Source of the DNA: an uncultured virus (IMG/VR IMGVR_UViG_3300023179_000075)
Taxonomy: Duplodnaviria; Heunggongvirae; Uroviricota; Caudoviricetes
Reading direction: 5' to 3' (one strand)
Length of the DNA: 64,000 nucleotides
IMG/VR virus record: IMGVR_UViG_3300023179_000075
Each line of letters starts with the position of its first letter. Positions within the stretch are counted from its first letter, which is position 1. Of this stretch, positions 1 through 9,463 are shown one piece after another. The translations under genes were made by a program, and so were the position numbers. The notes beneath the pieces were generated by a model. It made no database searches, was not told the origin of the DNA, and worked only from the letters and a program-made list of their open reading frames with translations.

Positions 1-269
1 TCTGTATCCATTGCTTCATAGTCAGTATATAACTGAATGCGAAGTGTTTGGTAGTTCATCGTTGGATTATACGGCATATTAGCTCCGTAGCGATGTAACT
101 TAGTAAATCTATCTATTAGGGCATTTGTCTTTACGTTACCGTAGGCTTGTATTCTATCTACGTCTACAACTTTCAATTGGTTTCCACCTACGTTACGAAT
201 GATTACATCCGTGGAAAATAGGCGCTTTAGTTTACCAAATAAGCCGGGATCGTTTTGTTGTTCTGCCAT
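1..269 (-). CDS. Portal protein (T4 gp20-like), N-terminal part, runs off window
   Basis: Not in the ORF track; manual translation from ATG 269 gives MAEQQNDPGLFGKLKRLFSTDVIIRNVGGNQLKVVD...RIQLYTDYEAMDT, open to the edge. Directly downstream of terminase; the R..Y..YE.M motif resembles gp20-type portals. Confidence 0.75.
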   Translation of the reverse strand, partial: MAEQQNDPGLFGKLKRLFSTDVIIRNVGGNQLKVVDVDRIQAYGNVKTNALIDRFTKLHRYGANMPYNPTMNYQTLRIQLYTDYEAMDT

Positions 270-300
270 TATGTGTTTTTATTATATCAATAAATATTTA

Positions 301-1890
301 TTAACCTAACAACCACGTCATATCCTCAACACCATATTGTGTTTCCATTTGGTATGGGTTAGGTGTGCCGTTAGGCATTGTTGGTCCTAAACTTGCTCCA
401 CCGCCTGTACTAGATATTCCAGCTAGTGCGGCACGGGCTGAGTCTAAACCTTGCATATGGTATTTAACTCCAGTATCGCGAGTAAATAATCCCATTCCTA
501 AAGCCATTACTAAGTCATCATTGTATCCGTTTTGTGCTTGTGCTTTACCATTTATCCAAACAAATACACGTAATTCTTCTAATAATCTTTTAGAATGGAA
601 TATAAAATGCTTATCTCGAATGTATGACTCCATCTTTGAAATAACAAGTGGTCTTGTTTTTACTGATGTAGTAAATCCAGGAACTGTTTGTTCAGCTTCT
701 ATTTTAGATATCCATTTATCAGCACTAATATCACCATGTATTTTAGGAGAATAATGTAGGTTTTGGTATCCTTTTTCAATGATAGTGTTTATAACATCCC
801 ATCCTATGTTTGCATTTTCTACTACTAGTAAAGCATTATTGTATTCAGCTGCTACTGACACTAACATATTACCAAATGTACGAGTATCTACTTGCGATTT
901 ATATTCAGCAACTTGCTCACAGCTTTCCACATCAATGATATGAAATGCAGAGAAATCACTACTGTCACCGCGAGCAACGTCAGCACATACGATATAAGAC
1001 TTAGCATAATCAGAATACTTCCAAATCCAAAAGTCACCACCCATAAAACGACGTTCAATAGGGTCTTGTATAAAATTTTGCTCATAGAATGTTAATGTGT
1101 CTGGTTCAACTAATGAATTACCTGATCCTAAAAAGTCACAATCATACTCTTGAGCAAATTCACGTGCAGACATGTTTGCTCGTTCTGTTGCTTCCCAATC
1201 TCCTACTCTATCAGGATGTAAATCCCACTTTAATTTTATTGCTTTAAAATCACCTTTACCTTGCTCGGATTCAGTATACATTCTATGAAACCAATTACCA
1301 ACGCCATTTGGTGATGATAATGCAATAATACCACCTCCGGTGGCAATCGTTGGTTTAATACTGGTGTATATTTTATCTATACCCTCAATAAACGCAGCCT
1401 CATCTATAAGTAATAAAGATACAGCATACGATCTACCTGCATCTGATGCGGCGGATGTTGCTACAATTTGAGAGTTATTTGCTAGTCTTAGTGATAATTT
1501 ATTATCGGAAAGTGGTTTAACATTTCCTTTTAACCAGCTAGGTAAGTTATTGTACATAAACTGTACTTTTTCGACCATACCTTTGGCTGTTTCCTGTTTA
1601 GTTGCTATACATAACACAGTTTTATCCTTATTAAACATCATTATCCATAAGGAAAATCCAGCTGTTAATGTTGATATGCCTAGCTGTCTGGATTTATTGA
1701 TGATAGTGAATCTGTTATTTCTAAAATCATTTAATACACCTTCCTGGAATGGGTATAAATGGAATAATACACGACCTTTAACCGGATGGGATATATAACA
1801 ATATTTGCGGAAGAAATATACAGGGTCAGTAGCGCATTTAATGTATTCCTGCTTTATTATGTCTTTTATATTAGCTTGTTGAGTGCTCAT
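301..1890 (-). CDS. terL: Terminase large subunit (T4 gp17-like)
   Basis: LYPFQ adenine-binding motif, KSRQLGIST Walker A, LLLIDEAAF Walker B, SSPNG motif, RNase H-like domain ADVARG..DFSA and DDLVMA. Start moved to MSTQQ (1890) behind an ATATTTAT motif. Confidence 0.95.
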   Translation of the reverse strand: MSTQQANIKDIIKQEYIKCATDPVYFFRKYCYISHPVKGRVLFHLYPFQEGVLNDFRNNRFTIINKSRQLGISTLTAGFSLWIMMFNKDKTVLCIATKQETAKGMVEKVQFMYNNLPSWLKGNVKPLSDNKLSLRLANNSQIVATSAASDAGRSYAVSLLLIDEAAFIEGIDKIYTSIKPTIATGGGIIALSSPNGVGNWFHRMYTESEQGKGDFKAIKLKWDLHPDRVGDWEATERANMSAREFAQEYDCDFLGSGNSLVEPDTLTFYEQNFIQDPIERRFMGGDFWIWKYSDYAKSYIVCADVARGDSSDFSAFHIIDVESCEQVAEYKSQVDTRTFGNMLVSVAAEYNNALLVVENANIGWDVINTIIEKGYQNLHYSPKIHGDISADKWISKIEAEQTVPGFTTSVKTRPLVISKMESYIRDKHFIFHSKRLLEELRVFVWINGKAQAQNGYNDDLVMALGMGLFTRDTGVKYHMQGLDSARAALAGISSTGGGASLGPTMPNGTPNPYQMETQYGVEDMTWLLG

Positions 1891-1910
1891 GTATATAAAT
1901 ATATAAAAGA

Positions 1911-1933
1911 AGTCCAACCTTATGGGTTGGACT
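1911..1933 (-). terminator. Intrinsic terminator-like hairpin
   Basis: AGUCCAACC-CAUAA-GGUUGGACU followed by UCUUUU on the minus strand. Confidence 0.65.
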
Positions 1934-2020
1934 CAGAACTATAATACTGAGATTATAGCGGGGCATGTTTCGCATTGGTCTAGAAATGCTTAACGGTTGT
2001 GTTCCTAAAGGTAGCACACT
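1911..2020 (-). ncRNA. Candidate structured RNA upstream of terminase
   Basis: Four consecutive hairpins and a loop-tail pseudoknot pairing in an intergenic gap; no known family recognised. Confidence 0.35.
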
Positions 2021-2063
2021 TATTTTAAATTTAAATCTTTTTGATTTAATTTATATGTTAGGG

Positions 2064-2258
2064 TTAGAGAGATTCAATATCAAATTGATCTAAAATTTCT
2101 TCTAATTGTTGTGTTGCAATTTGTAAAGCTTCTGCTTCAGTTGCTGCTCCAAAAGCAGGACCTATCTTAATTATTCCCGTTACTTTAAATTCATAAGTAT
2201 CCATTAAAGCACCTTCATTAATTCCTGCTAATTGCTGCATTCTTTTAGTTTCGTTCAT
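2064..2258 (-). CDS. Small protein with KRMQQLAGINE motif, putative head-packaged protein
   Basis: 64 aa; motif shared with 6578..7159 and 8804..9463. Confidence 0.6.
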   Translation of the reverse strand: MNETKRMQQLAGINEGALMDTYEFKVTGIIKIGPAFGAATEAEALQIATQQLEEILDQFDIESL

Positions 2259-2264
2259 TTTATT

Positions 2265-2939
2265 TTATTTTACTAATGTCAAATATCCTAAACCACCAAT
2301 GATGATAAAGCTAGCGATACGTTGGAATTTAGATTTTACTTTTAGTTTTGTATTTTCTATTTTTAAAACATTATATTGTTTCTGCCAACCTTTGATTTGA
2401 ACATCTTGGTTGCCAATAATAGCTTTAAAATTTACTTCTTTAGATTGATATTTAGATATTACACTATCTTTAACTACTAGTCTAGAACTATCTAATCCTA
2501 TAATAGTATCTTTAATCTTTATTAATTCTTTAGCGCCATCTAATTCTACTAAATCCTTTGCGGATGCTACTAATACTGGTTTAGCCACTACTAGTGGAGT
2601 TGATGTTGTATCAGCTGGGTAGCGGTTATTATAGAAATGTACTACTTCATTATCATGCATTAAATCAATAATATTTTTCTTTGATTCAACGTATTTAATA
2701 ACAGTTGTTACTTTAGTTTTTTGATGTAATACTTGATCATTCAATTCAGCATCAAGAATATTTAAATCGTTAATTACTGAATCATCTTTAGCAATAGCTA
2801 CTTTTAATGAATCATTTGCATGGTTTAAGCTATCCATCTGTGCGTTGAATGCTTTGTCGCTAACTGTATCGCTACATTTTTCAAATACAACAAAACAAAT
2901 TAGTACTAATGTTAGGATAGGGAATATTAATTTTTTCAT
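2265..2939 (-). CDS. Membrane-anchored coiled-coil protein (possibly spanin-like)
   Basis: N-terminal signal/TM segment, coiled-coil body, C-terminal hydrophobic helix. Confidence 0.45.
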   Translation of the reverse strand: MKKLIFPILTLVLICFVVFEKCSDTVSDKAFNAQMDSLNHANDSLKVAIAKDDSVINDLNILDAELNDQVLHQKTKVTTVIKYVESKKNIIDLMHDNEVVHFYNNRYPADTTSTPLVVAKPVLVASAKDLVELDGAKELIKIKDTIIGLDSSRLVVKDSVISKYQSKEVNFKAIIGNQDVQIKGWQKQYNVLKIENTKLKVKSKFQRIASFIIIGGLGYLTLVK

Positions 2940-2942
2940 ATA

Positions 2943-3911
2943 TTATTTTTTTATACCTGCGTAATATTGCATTTTACCAATTGTCCATTCGTCTAATGGC
3001 TCTACTTCTAAATCTTCAGGCTTAATTACTGGTGCTACTGGTTCTTCTTTCTTTAACTTAGCTTGTAAGTATGGAGATGTAGCTACTAAAGCTGCAATTC
3101 TTTCTTCTAATGATGCTTTTAAATCAAGTAGACGTTGTAGTTCAGTTGATGGTTTATCGGATATATCTCCCATCATTCCACCGCTTCTACCTTTTCTTAA
3201 TTTTGTAATATTGCTTTTAGTAGAATCTAAACGTTGTTTTAATTCACCATATTTCATCCAAGCTTCATAATCTTCGTCTGAGATACTACTAACAGGTGCA
3301 TCACTTTTTTCCATATCATCTACAGTTGGCTCTTCATCATCGTTAAAATCTTCTTCACCATTTGCATTTGGTTCATTATCAAAATACATTGATAATGGAT
3401 TTTCAGCGTTACCCATAAACATATCTTCTGGTTCAGTTGCTTGTACTGGTGCCGTTTCACCTGGTGCTACTGGTGCTTCTTCTTCACCCCCTGCTCCTAA
3501 TTTAACTAATATACCAGCATCTAATAAACCATTTACTAATGCGTTTGCTATTTGAGGACGAACAAAGCCAAATTGTGCTTGTAATGCTGTTTTTTCAGCA
3601 CCTGGATTAGCACGGAAAAATTCAATAACATCAGATAATGGAGTTCCGCTTACACGCTTAGTAGCGTATTGAGCTGAGTCAACATTTGGATCAGCCAATT
3701 TAAATCCTTTAGCGATACGAGCCATTTCATCCATTTCACCTTCAGGGATTGTATCTTTACCAGAAGAAATATTTGCTTTTTTAGCATTTAAAGCTACTAT
3801 TTGTTTATTAATAGCATTTAATTCTGCGTTTTTAGCATCATCTGCCACGTCTTCATTTAAAACGCTAGCAATAGCTTCTTGTACTAATCTCCTAAGTTGT
3901 TTGGCTTTCAT
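2943..3911 (-). CDS. Acidic hypothetical protein, putative head/internal protein
   Basis: MKAKQLRRLVQEAIASVLNE leader, D/E-rich middle, C-terminal KMQYYAGIKK variant of the RMQQLAG motif. Start 3911 preferred because ATG 3941 overlaps the ATATTTAT motif. Confidence 0.6.
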   Translation of the reverse strand: MKAKQLRRLVQEAIASVLNEDVADDAKNAELNAINKQIVALNAKKANISSGKDTIPEGEMDEMARIAKGFKLADPNVDSAQYATKRVSGTPLSDVIEFFRANPGAEKTALQAQFGFVRPQIANALVNGLLDAGILVKLGAGGEEEAPVAPGETAPVQATEPEDMFMGNAENPLSMYFDNEPNANGEEDFNDDEEPTVDDMEKSDAPVSSISDEDYEAWMKYGELKQRLDSTKSNITKLRKGRSGGMMGDISDKPSTELQRLLDLKASLEERIAALVATSPYLQAKLKKEEPVAPVIKPEDLEVEPLDEWTIGKMQYYAGIKK

Positions 3912-3947
3912 TGTCTTTAATTCAGTTATGTTTATGTCCATAAATAT

Positions 3948-4469
3948 TTAGCTTATGTGGGAGATTATAGTAGCGATACGTTCTTCGGTTGTACCTTTTA
4001 CTGTTAATAAATTTTTGTGTTTGTATTCGTTTAACATTTCACGTATTGTATGATCAATTTTATTGCGATAATCAGCATCAATAGTACGAACACCGTTATC
4101 TTCTATATCAACGCCTTCTGGCGATACATAAATTATTAAATCATATTCATCACGTAGCGACATTAATAATTCAGTAAAATATCGCTTATTAGTCCAACCA
4201 ATTGATTCAGCACTTAACGTAAATGCACATACATCATATACTGTTCTATCAGTAATAATATTTTCCTTCATCAATTCAATACTACGTTCAGCAGCGAATG
4301 TCAATTGACCTTTTAATGTAGAGTCTGTATTTAATGTAATGCCTTGATCACGTAAATATTTGCTACGTTCTACTGCTATTTCATAATCCTTAAATTGCTC
4401 TAATTCTTTTAGTGCATTTACTAATGTAGTTTTACCAACACTGATTGTTCCTGTTAATCCAATCTTCAT
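3948..4469 (-). CDS. NadR/Ttd14-like P-loop kinase (AAA_28 type)
   Basis: MKIGLTGTISVGKTTL Walker A, ITDRT motif, EDNGVR motif typical of NadR-C/nucleotide kinases. Confidence 0.75.
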   Translation of the reverse strand: MKIGLTGTISVGKTTLVNALKELEQFKDYEIAVERSKYLRDQGITLNTDSTLKGQLTFAAERSIELMKENIITDRTVYDVCAFTLSAESIGWTNKRYFTELLMSLRDEYDLIIYVSPEGVDIEDNGVRTIDADYRNKIDHTIREMLNEYKHKNLLTVKGTTEERIATIISHIS

Positions 4470-4729
4470 TATTTATTTGTTTTAAGTGCTTGTGCTTTAT
4501 TTATTTTACGCATACTACTTGCATAACGTTTTTGTTCCTTCTGCATTTTAGCCCAGTTTTTATCAGCTCCATTTTTATACTTAATGTCAACTGATATTGG
4601 TCCATTAGGATGTTTATCTAAATCATATACCCATGTTTCAGTTACATCTTCACGATCATATATTTTAGTGTATTTACGTGGTGATTCCTGTGGTGCTATT
4701 TCTGCTGGTCTGCCTCTTCTTTCTTCCAT
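4469..4729 (-). CDS. Hypothetical protein with N-terminal RRGRP motif
   Basis: 86 aa ORF in operon context. Confidence 0.6.
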   Translation of the reverse strand: MEERRGRPAEIAPQESPRKYTKIYDREDVTETWVYDLDKHPNGPISVDIKYKNGADKNWAKMQKEQKRYASSMRKINKAQALKTNK

Positions 4730-4778
4730 AACTTTTATTTAGATAAATGTAAAATAGGAGCCTTGCAGCTCCTATATT

Positions 4779-5024
4779 TTATGCTCTTGCGCCTGATGCT
4801 TTACCAGCAGATGTTTTGTGCCATGGTTGACCATGGACATCTTTTTTCTTTTCTTCCCACTCTATTTTAGAATGTTTAATACCAAACAAGTAATATTCGG
4901 CTTTACGTTTATTACCTTGTGGTAGGAAAGCTACTGAATCCCAGTTATGCATTTTATTTATTCCTCCTATATTTACATAATAAGCTATAGTTCCATCTTT
5001 TGCCTTAAGGCGTCTTGTTTCCAT
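4779..5024 (-). CDS. Hypothetical phage protein
   Basis: 81 aa; MHNWD..A...EYYLFG segment. Confidence 0.6.
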   Translation of the reverse strand: METRRLKAKDGTIAYYVNIGGINKMHNWDSVAFLPQGNKRKAEYYLFGIKHSKIEWEEKKKDVHGQPWHKTSAGKASGARA

Positions 5025-5034
5025 TTATTGTGTT

Positions 5035-6456
5035 TTATTTTGTTAAAAGATTTTCTGCAACATATAACCCATGTGCTCCTGATACTGTAATACCTCTAGC
5101 GCTTAATGCATCACCTACAAAGTGTACATTTGGGTATTCGTTTAATGATAAATCTGTATAGTTTACTAGTGGTTCTGGTGATAAGTATTTTACTTCAGGA
5201 ATATACATTCCCCAATCATTTTTAAATTTAAATACTTTATTCATATCAGCAATAAAGTTGATAATATATTCAGCATATTCACCCATAGCATCTTTAAAAA
5301 TATCCAAAGAATCTACTTTAAGTGCCATTACCCATTCATTTTCAGATGTTTTACTTACCATCTTATCTTTATTAGGAGAATAAAATATACCTGTTGGTCC
5401 TTTTGATGATTGTCCTCCCTGACATTTTTGTACTACATCTCTACTCCACTTAAATGGATCTTCAATACCCTTAATTTCCATTAAGATACCAAAGTTAGTC
5501 ATATCATTTCTAAATTCTTCACCCTTTTTAGCATGACCATTATAGCTAATATTACCATATGTTTCTTCTACTGCTACATAAGCAGCATTATTATTAGTAC
5601 AGAACGAGCGTATAGATACATCATCATATTTCTGATAGAGCTTAAAATCATAAGATACATCAATTAATTTTTGAAAATATTTTTGCGGTGCTTCAAATCT
5701 AACACCAATTTGTACTGCTTTAGCTTCGGTTGGTAATTTGTATTTGTCTGATAGTGCTTGAGCAAAATCAATACCTGATTTACCTACAGCAAATATTAAT
5801 TCATCATATTTTTCTCCAAATTCATTACTAATAATTGTTTGGTTTTCAAAATCAATATCAGTAATAGTATTATTCCAACTAAAGATAACACCTTTATCTA
5901 ACAAATATTGATACCAATTTTTAGCAATCTCATGTAAATAGTTTGAACCAATATGCCACACAAGCGACATACGTAAATCGAAATACGGTTTAATAAAGTC
6001 AGGTTCTTCTTTAGGATCAGAACATGAAATATCTTCTGGTTTAGGGTGAAAACGAGTAAAATTAGCTACTACTTCATTCATTAATGATGTAGCTTTTTCT
6101 TCACCACAATACTTAGATAGTTGTCCACCTTGTACTGTTGATACTACTAATTTACCATCTGACCATCCACCAGCACCTAACATGCCCGTCATTACTTCTT
6201 CAGGTAAACGATTAATTGGATCGTTGCCTTTGTCTATAATGGTTATATACTCACCTGGATAGCCGTTGTCTACTAATTTAGTAGCAGCATTAATACTGGC
6301 CACACCTGCTCCAACAATAACAATTTTTTTATATTGTTTAGTTGGTTCAGATACTGGCTCTGGCTGGGCTATAGGGGTTTTTACTATTGTTGATTGGTTT
6401 TTAGCTGTATTCAGCATATGCTGAATGTTTTGTGAATTTTGGAATGCTCTTTTCAT
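5035..6456 (-). CDS. FAD-dependent oxidoreductase (COG2509-like)
   Basis: IVIVGAGVA Rossmann motif, GMLGAGGWSDGKL, IGVRFE, RSFCTN, NGH, VGD and RGITVSG motifs. Confidence 0.85.
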   Translation of the reverse strand: MKRAFQNSQNIQHMLNTAKNQSTIVKTPIAQPEPVSEPTKQYKKIVIVGAGVASINAATKLVDNGYPGEYITIIDKGNDPINRLPEEVMTGMLGAGGWSDGKLVVSTVQGGQLSKYCGEEKATSLMNEVVANFTRFHPKPEDISCSDPKEEPDFIKPYFDLRMSLVWHIGSNYLHEIAKNWYQYLLDKGVIFSWNNTITDIDFENQTIISNEFGEKYDELIFAVGKSGIDFAQALSDKYKLPTEAKAVQIGVRFEAPQKYFQKLIDVSYDFKLYQKYDDVSIRSFCTNNNAAYVAVEETYGNISYNGHAKKGEEFRNDMTNFGILMEIKGIEDPFKWSRDVVQKCQGGQSSKGPTGIFYSPNKDKMVSKTSENEWVMALKVDSLDIFKDAMGEYAEYIINFIADMNKVFKFKNDWGMYIPEVKYLSPEPLVNYTDLSLNEYPNVHFVGDALSARGITVSGAHGLYVAENLLTK

Positions 6457-6500
6457 AGTGTAAATGTAATATTTTTATTTTGCCTTTTCAAATGAGAGAA

Positions 6501-6522
6501 GGCCCATCAATTAAGATGAGCC
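6501..6522 (-). terminator. Terminator-like hairpin
   Basis: GGCUCAUC-UUAAUU-GAUGGGCC then UUCUCUC on the minus strand. Confidence 0.5.
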
Positions 6523-6577
6523 ACTACTTCAATTATTTTATTTCGATGCGACTAGGCAATGAATCTAGTCTATATGT

Positions 6578-7159
6578 TTAGTACTCTACATCAGGAGGAA
6601 CAACAAATGAAATCATTATATTTGTTCCGTCACTTTTAAAAGTAATATTACCATATCCTTCTTCAGAATAGTCAAGAATAAATGGAGAAATTTTTAATTG
6701 TTCTATTGCTTTTTTAAATATATCTGCATCATCATAATACTCAGGATTTCCAAAGTCATCATTTTCCATTGTAAATGTATGAGTTTTTCCTGGCTCTTCT
6801 TCAAATGTATCTCCTCCTTCTAAGTATACTTCAAAATGATATTTTAAGTATTTTTCAACATCATTAGAAACATTTTCATTTAATTCAGTTTGACTATTAA
6901 TTTTATTTATAAATCCATTAGCCTCTTCTTTAATTTGAAGCATTAGTGAAAGAAAATAATCCTTTCTATCACTTTCAAAACGCCCAATAGATTTAGGTAT
7001 AATATTTTTAGAAATTTTACGAAATTCTTCCATTGTTTGAGCTATTTTATTAAATATAGCAATTTTTTCTTCTTTTGCTAATTTTTCATTTAATTGATTT
7101 TCATTAATTAATCCAGCTAATTGCTGCATTCTTTTGATTTCGTTAAGTTGTGTTTTCAT
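6578..7159 (-). CDS. Hypothetical protein with RMQQLAG leader, putative head-packaged protein
   Basis: MKTQLNEIKRMQQLAGLINENQLNE; repeated LNE/INE. Confidence 0.6.
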   Translation of the reverse strand: MKTQLNEIKRMQQLAGLINENQLNEKLAKEEKIAIFNKIAQTMEEFRKISKNIIPKSIGRFESDRKDYFLSLMLQIKEEANGFINKINSQTELNENVSNDVEKYLKYHFEVYLEGGDTFEEEPGKTHTFTMENDDFGNPEYYDDADIFKKAIEQLKISPFILDYSEEGYGNITFKSDGTNIMISFVVPPDVEY

Positions 7160-7177
7160 ATTATTTTATCTAATGGG

Positions 7178-8269
7178 TTAAATTGTGTCATCGTCTTCTG
7201 TTATTTTTTTGCTTTTTTTAGATTCAATACCAAGTAATCTATTGCCGTTTACAAATAAATTATTTCCTTTTATTTGTCCAAAAATTGGGGTTAATTGACC
7301 TTCTTTTGAACGTAATTTACTTACAACTATATCCGATGGTTCTAAATACAAATCATTTTTATATATAACAGCCCACCATTGTACTTTTTCAATTTTCTTA
7401 GCAATTAATTTATTAATACCCTCCTCGCCATCTATAAATTCATCAACTAATTTTTCAGTATCTCCATCAGGTAAATAGGGAGATATAACATTATATATAT
7501 TTTCTAATGCTTTAATATTTGTATCTTTTCCTATCTTAAGTAGCTCTTTTAGATCACTTTGAAATTCAGGGGTTTTTATAAAATCTAATAAACCTTGAAG
7601 ACTATCTCTACCTAAACCTGCTGTAAATTTAACATCAGTTAATATTATCAGTAAATTAGTTATTGTTTTAAATCTTTTTAATTCATCCGAGGGTAATGCT
7701 CCAAAATCTAAACTACTAATTTGTGAATAGTTTTTAATAGATACACCTGTATTATTATCAATTTTAACATCAGCTTCAGCATCATCTCCTTTTGCTACAC
7801 CACCTTTAGCTTTACCACTATACATTATAGCAAACCATAGTTCTGAGGGTTCACCATTTTTTATCTTAATAAAAGACATTATTAAATTAAATAATGTACC
7901 TTCAATACTTTGAATGGAAGATTTACCTGCTGTTAATGATCTATTGCCTGATGTTTTTATTATATTAAATAATTTATCTTTTTCAGGAGATTTTTGAATA
8001 GCATTGTATAATGAATCTAAACCGGTAATAATTTGTTTTTCAACTGCATATTTATTTAGAACAAACTTAGTAAATTCTTTAGGTGAATCAGTAAATGTAG
8101 TATCTGCTGGTTTAGCTTTAGGCTCAGTAATTTTATCCTGCTCTAAATCAACACCATTCTCTTCTAATATAGCATTTAATATTGCTACTTTAGTAGGATT
8201 ATTTAAATCTACAATCCCATCGCTACAGCGATAAGACCATTCACTTAATATTTTATCTATAACTGTCAT
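7178..8269 (-). CDS. Hypothetical protein, possible PD-(D/E)XK-fold nuclease
   Basis: GEPSE...ADVKI...VSIK spacing resembles the restriction-endonuclease fold. Confidence 0.4.
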   Translation of the reverse strand: MTVIDKILSEWSYRCSDGIVDLNNPTKVAILNAILEENGVDLEQDKITEPKAKPADTTFTDSPKEFTKFVLNKYAVEKQIITGLDSLYNAIQKSPEKDKLFNIIKTSGNRSLTAGKSSIQSIEGTLFNLIMSFIKIKNGEPSELWFAIMYSGKAKGGVAKGDDAEADVKIDNNTGVSIKNYSQISSLDFGALPSDELKRFKTITNLLIILTDVKFTAGLGRDSLQGLLDFIKTPEFQSDLKELLKIGKDTNIKALENIYNVISPYLPDGDTEKLVDEFIDGEEGINKLIAKKIEKVQWWAVIYKNDLYLEPSDIVVSKLRSKEGQLTPIFGQIKGNNLFVNGNRLLGIESKKSKKITEDDDTI

Positions 8270-8270
8270 A

Positions 8271-8795
8271 TTATGCTTCTGCTGGTGGGGTTTCTTCTTC
8301 TGCGGGTGCCGCTTCTGGAGGTGTTGGTTCAGTATTTGCTGCTGTTAAGTCAGGACCTAATTCAGCTGCTGATGTACCTGGTGCTTCTGGTTCAGCTCCT
8401 GTTTGTTCTTTACCTTCCGCTGGTGCGTAATTTAATTCTAACAAATCAGCTACTGATTGTGATGCACGCTCTAATTCACCTAAATTTATAGGATTGTATT
8501 GTTTGCCTGCTACCTTAACACTAAATTGGGTTTTACCAAGATATTTAATTGTAAAGTCTTGTCCATTAACCAAATCAACTTTAAATGTTGTTGGTTTAGG
8601 AGCGATGATATTGATTGCGTTAACGTAACTACCAAAAGCTGGTGACATTAAGTCCTCCATTACTTTTTTTAAACCAGGGAAGCGATACACTAGGTACATT
8701 GCTTTCTCGGCTTTTTGTGTTGCTACTTCTTGCTCTTTTAAAGCTTTCTTAACAGCAACTTTAATATATTTTTCTAATAATAATTGTTTATTCAT
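8271..8795 (-). CDS. Hypothetical protein with P/E/A-rich tail
   Basis: 174 aa ORF in operon. Confidence 0.65.
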   Translation of the reverse strand: MNKQLLLEKYIKVAVKKALKEQEVATQKAEKAMYLVYRFPGLKKVMEDLMSPAFGSYVNAINIIAPKPTTFKVDLVNGQDFTIKYLGKTQFSVKVAGKQYNPINLGELERASQSVADLLELNYAPAEGKEQTGAEPEAPGTSAAELGPDLTAANTEPTPPEAAPAEEETPPAEA

Positions 8796-8803
8796 TATTT
8801 AAA

Positions 8804-9463
8804 TTATCTTTCGGGATCAAACTGATCAGCCGCTGTTTCATCGTCTATATCTTGTTGAGTTGGTACTCCGTATTTCATTACTTGTTCCATGTATGATTTG
8901 GCATCTTCCATATCATCTCTATCCAGGTTAGCTTTAAGATATAAACGTAGTTCATTATCATTAAGTGGATCCATGCTATAGCGCTCACGAGGTGAGAAGG
9001 CTTGTTTAAAAGCAGGGTCTCTTCTATATTGTACTATCCAGTTAATATCTTCAGGATCACCCTCTTTAAAGCTATAGCCTCCAAATTCATTTAAGATACC
9101 AGCTAATTGCTGCATTCTTTTAGTTACGTTTTCATAAATTTCTCCTTCAACTGATTTTTCAGTCATGTATTCAGACACGCTATGAATATAATCTGATGCT
9201 AATGTAATGTACGATGATACCCAACCTGGTAAATTTTCACCTGGTTCAATCATTTGATATAATTTTGCTCCGTTCATAAGCATATCGCGTAATTCACTCT
9301 TAGCCATTGATGCTTCGTGGTCTTCAGTTTCATCTATATTAGCCGCTATTGCCTTACGACGATTAGCAAGATATTTATCTGTTTTATCATTGTCAATACC
9401 ATTATTATTAATATCGGCATCTTCCTGACCTACTTTATCTAATAATTCGGATAATTTTATCAT
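8804..9463 (-). CDS. Modular hypothetical protein (MIKL leader, D-x-N-N-x-G loop, internal RMQQLAG)
   Basis: EDADINNNGIDNDKTDKYLANRRKAI; LPGWVSSYITLASDYI; VTKRMQQLAGILNE. Confidence 0.65.
   Translation of the reverse strand: MIKLSELLDKVGQEDADINNNGIDNDKTDKYLANRRKAIAANIDETEDHEASMAKSELRDMLMNGAKLYQMIEPGENLPGWVSSYITLASDYIHSVSEYMTEKSVEGEIYENVTKRMQQLAGILNEFGGYSFKEGDPEDINWIVQYRRDPAFKQAFSPRERYSMDPLNDNELRLYLKANLDRDDMEDAKSYMEQVMKYGVPTQQDIDDETAADQFDPER

Noticed and set aside
1960..2000. Hammerhead ribozyme (stem followed by GAAAC)
   Set aside because: The required CUGANGA core is absent (CCGUUAA instead).
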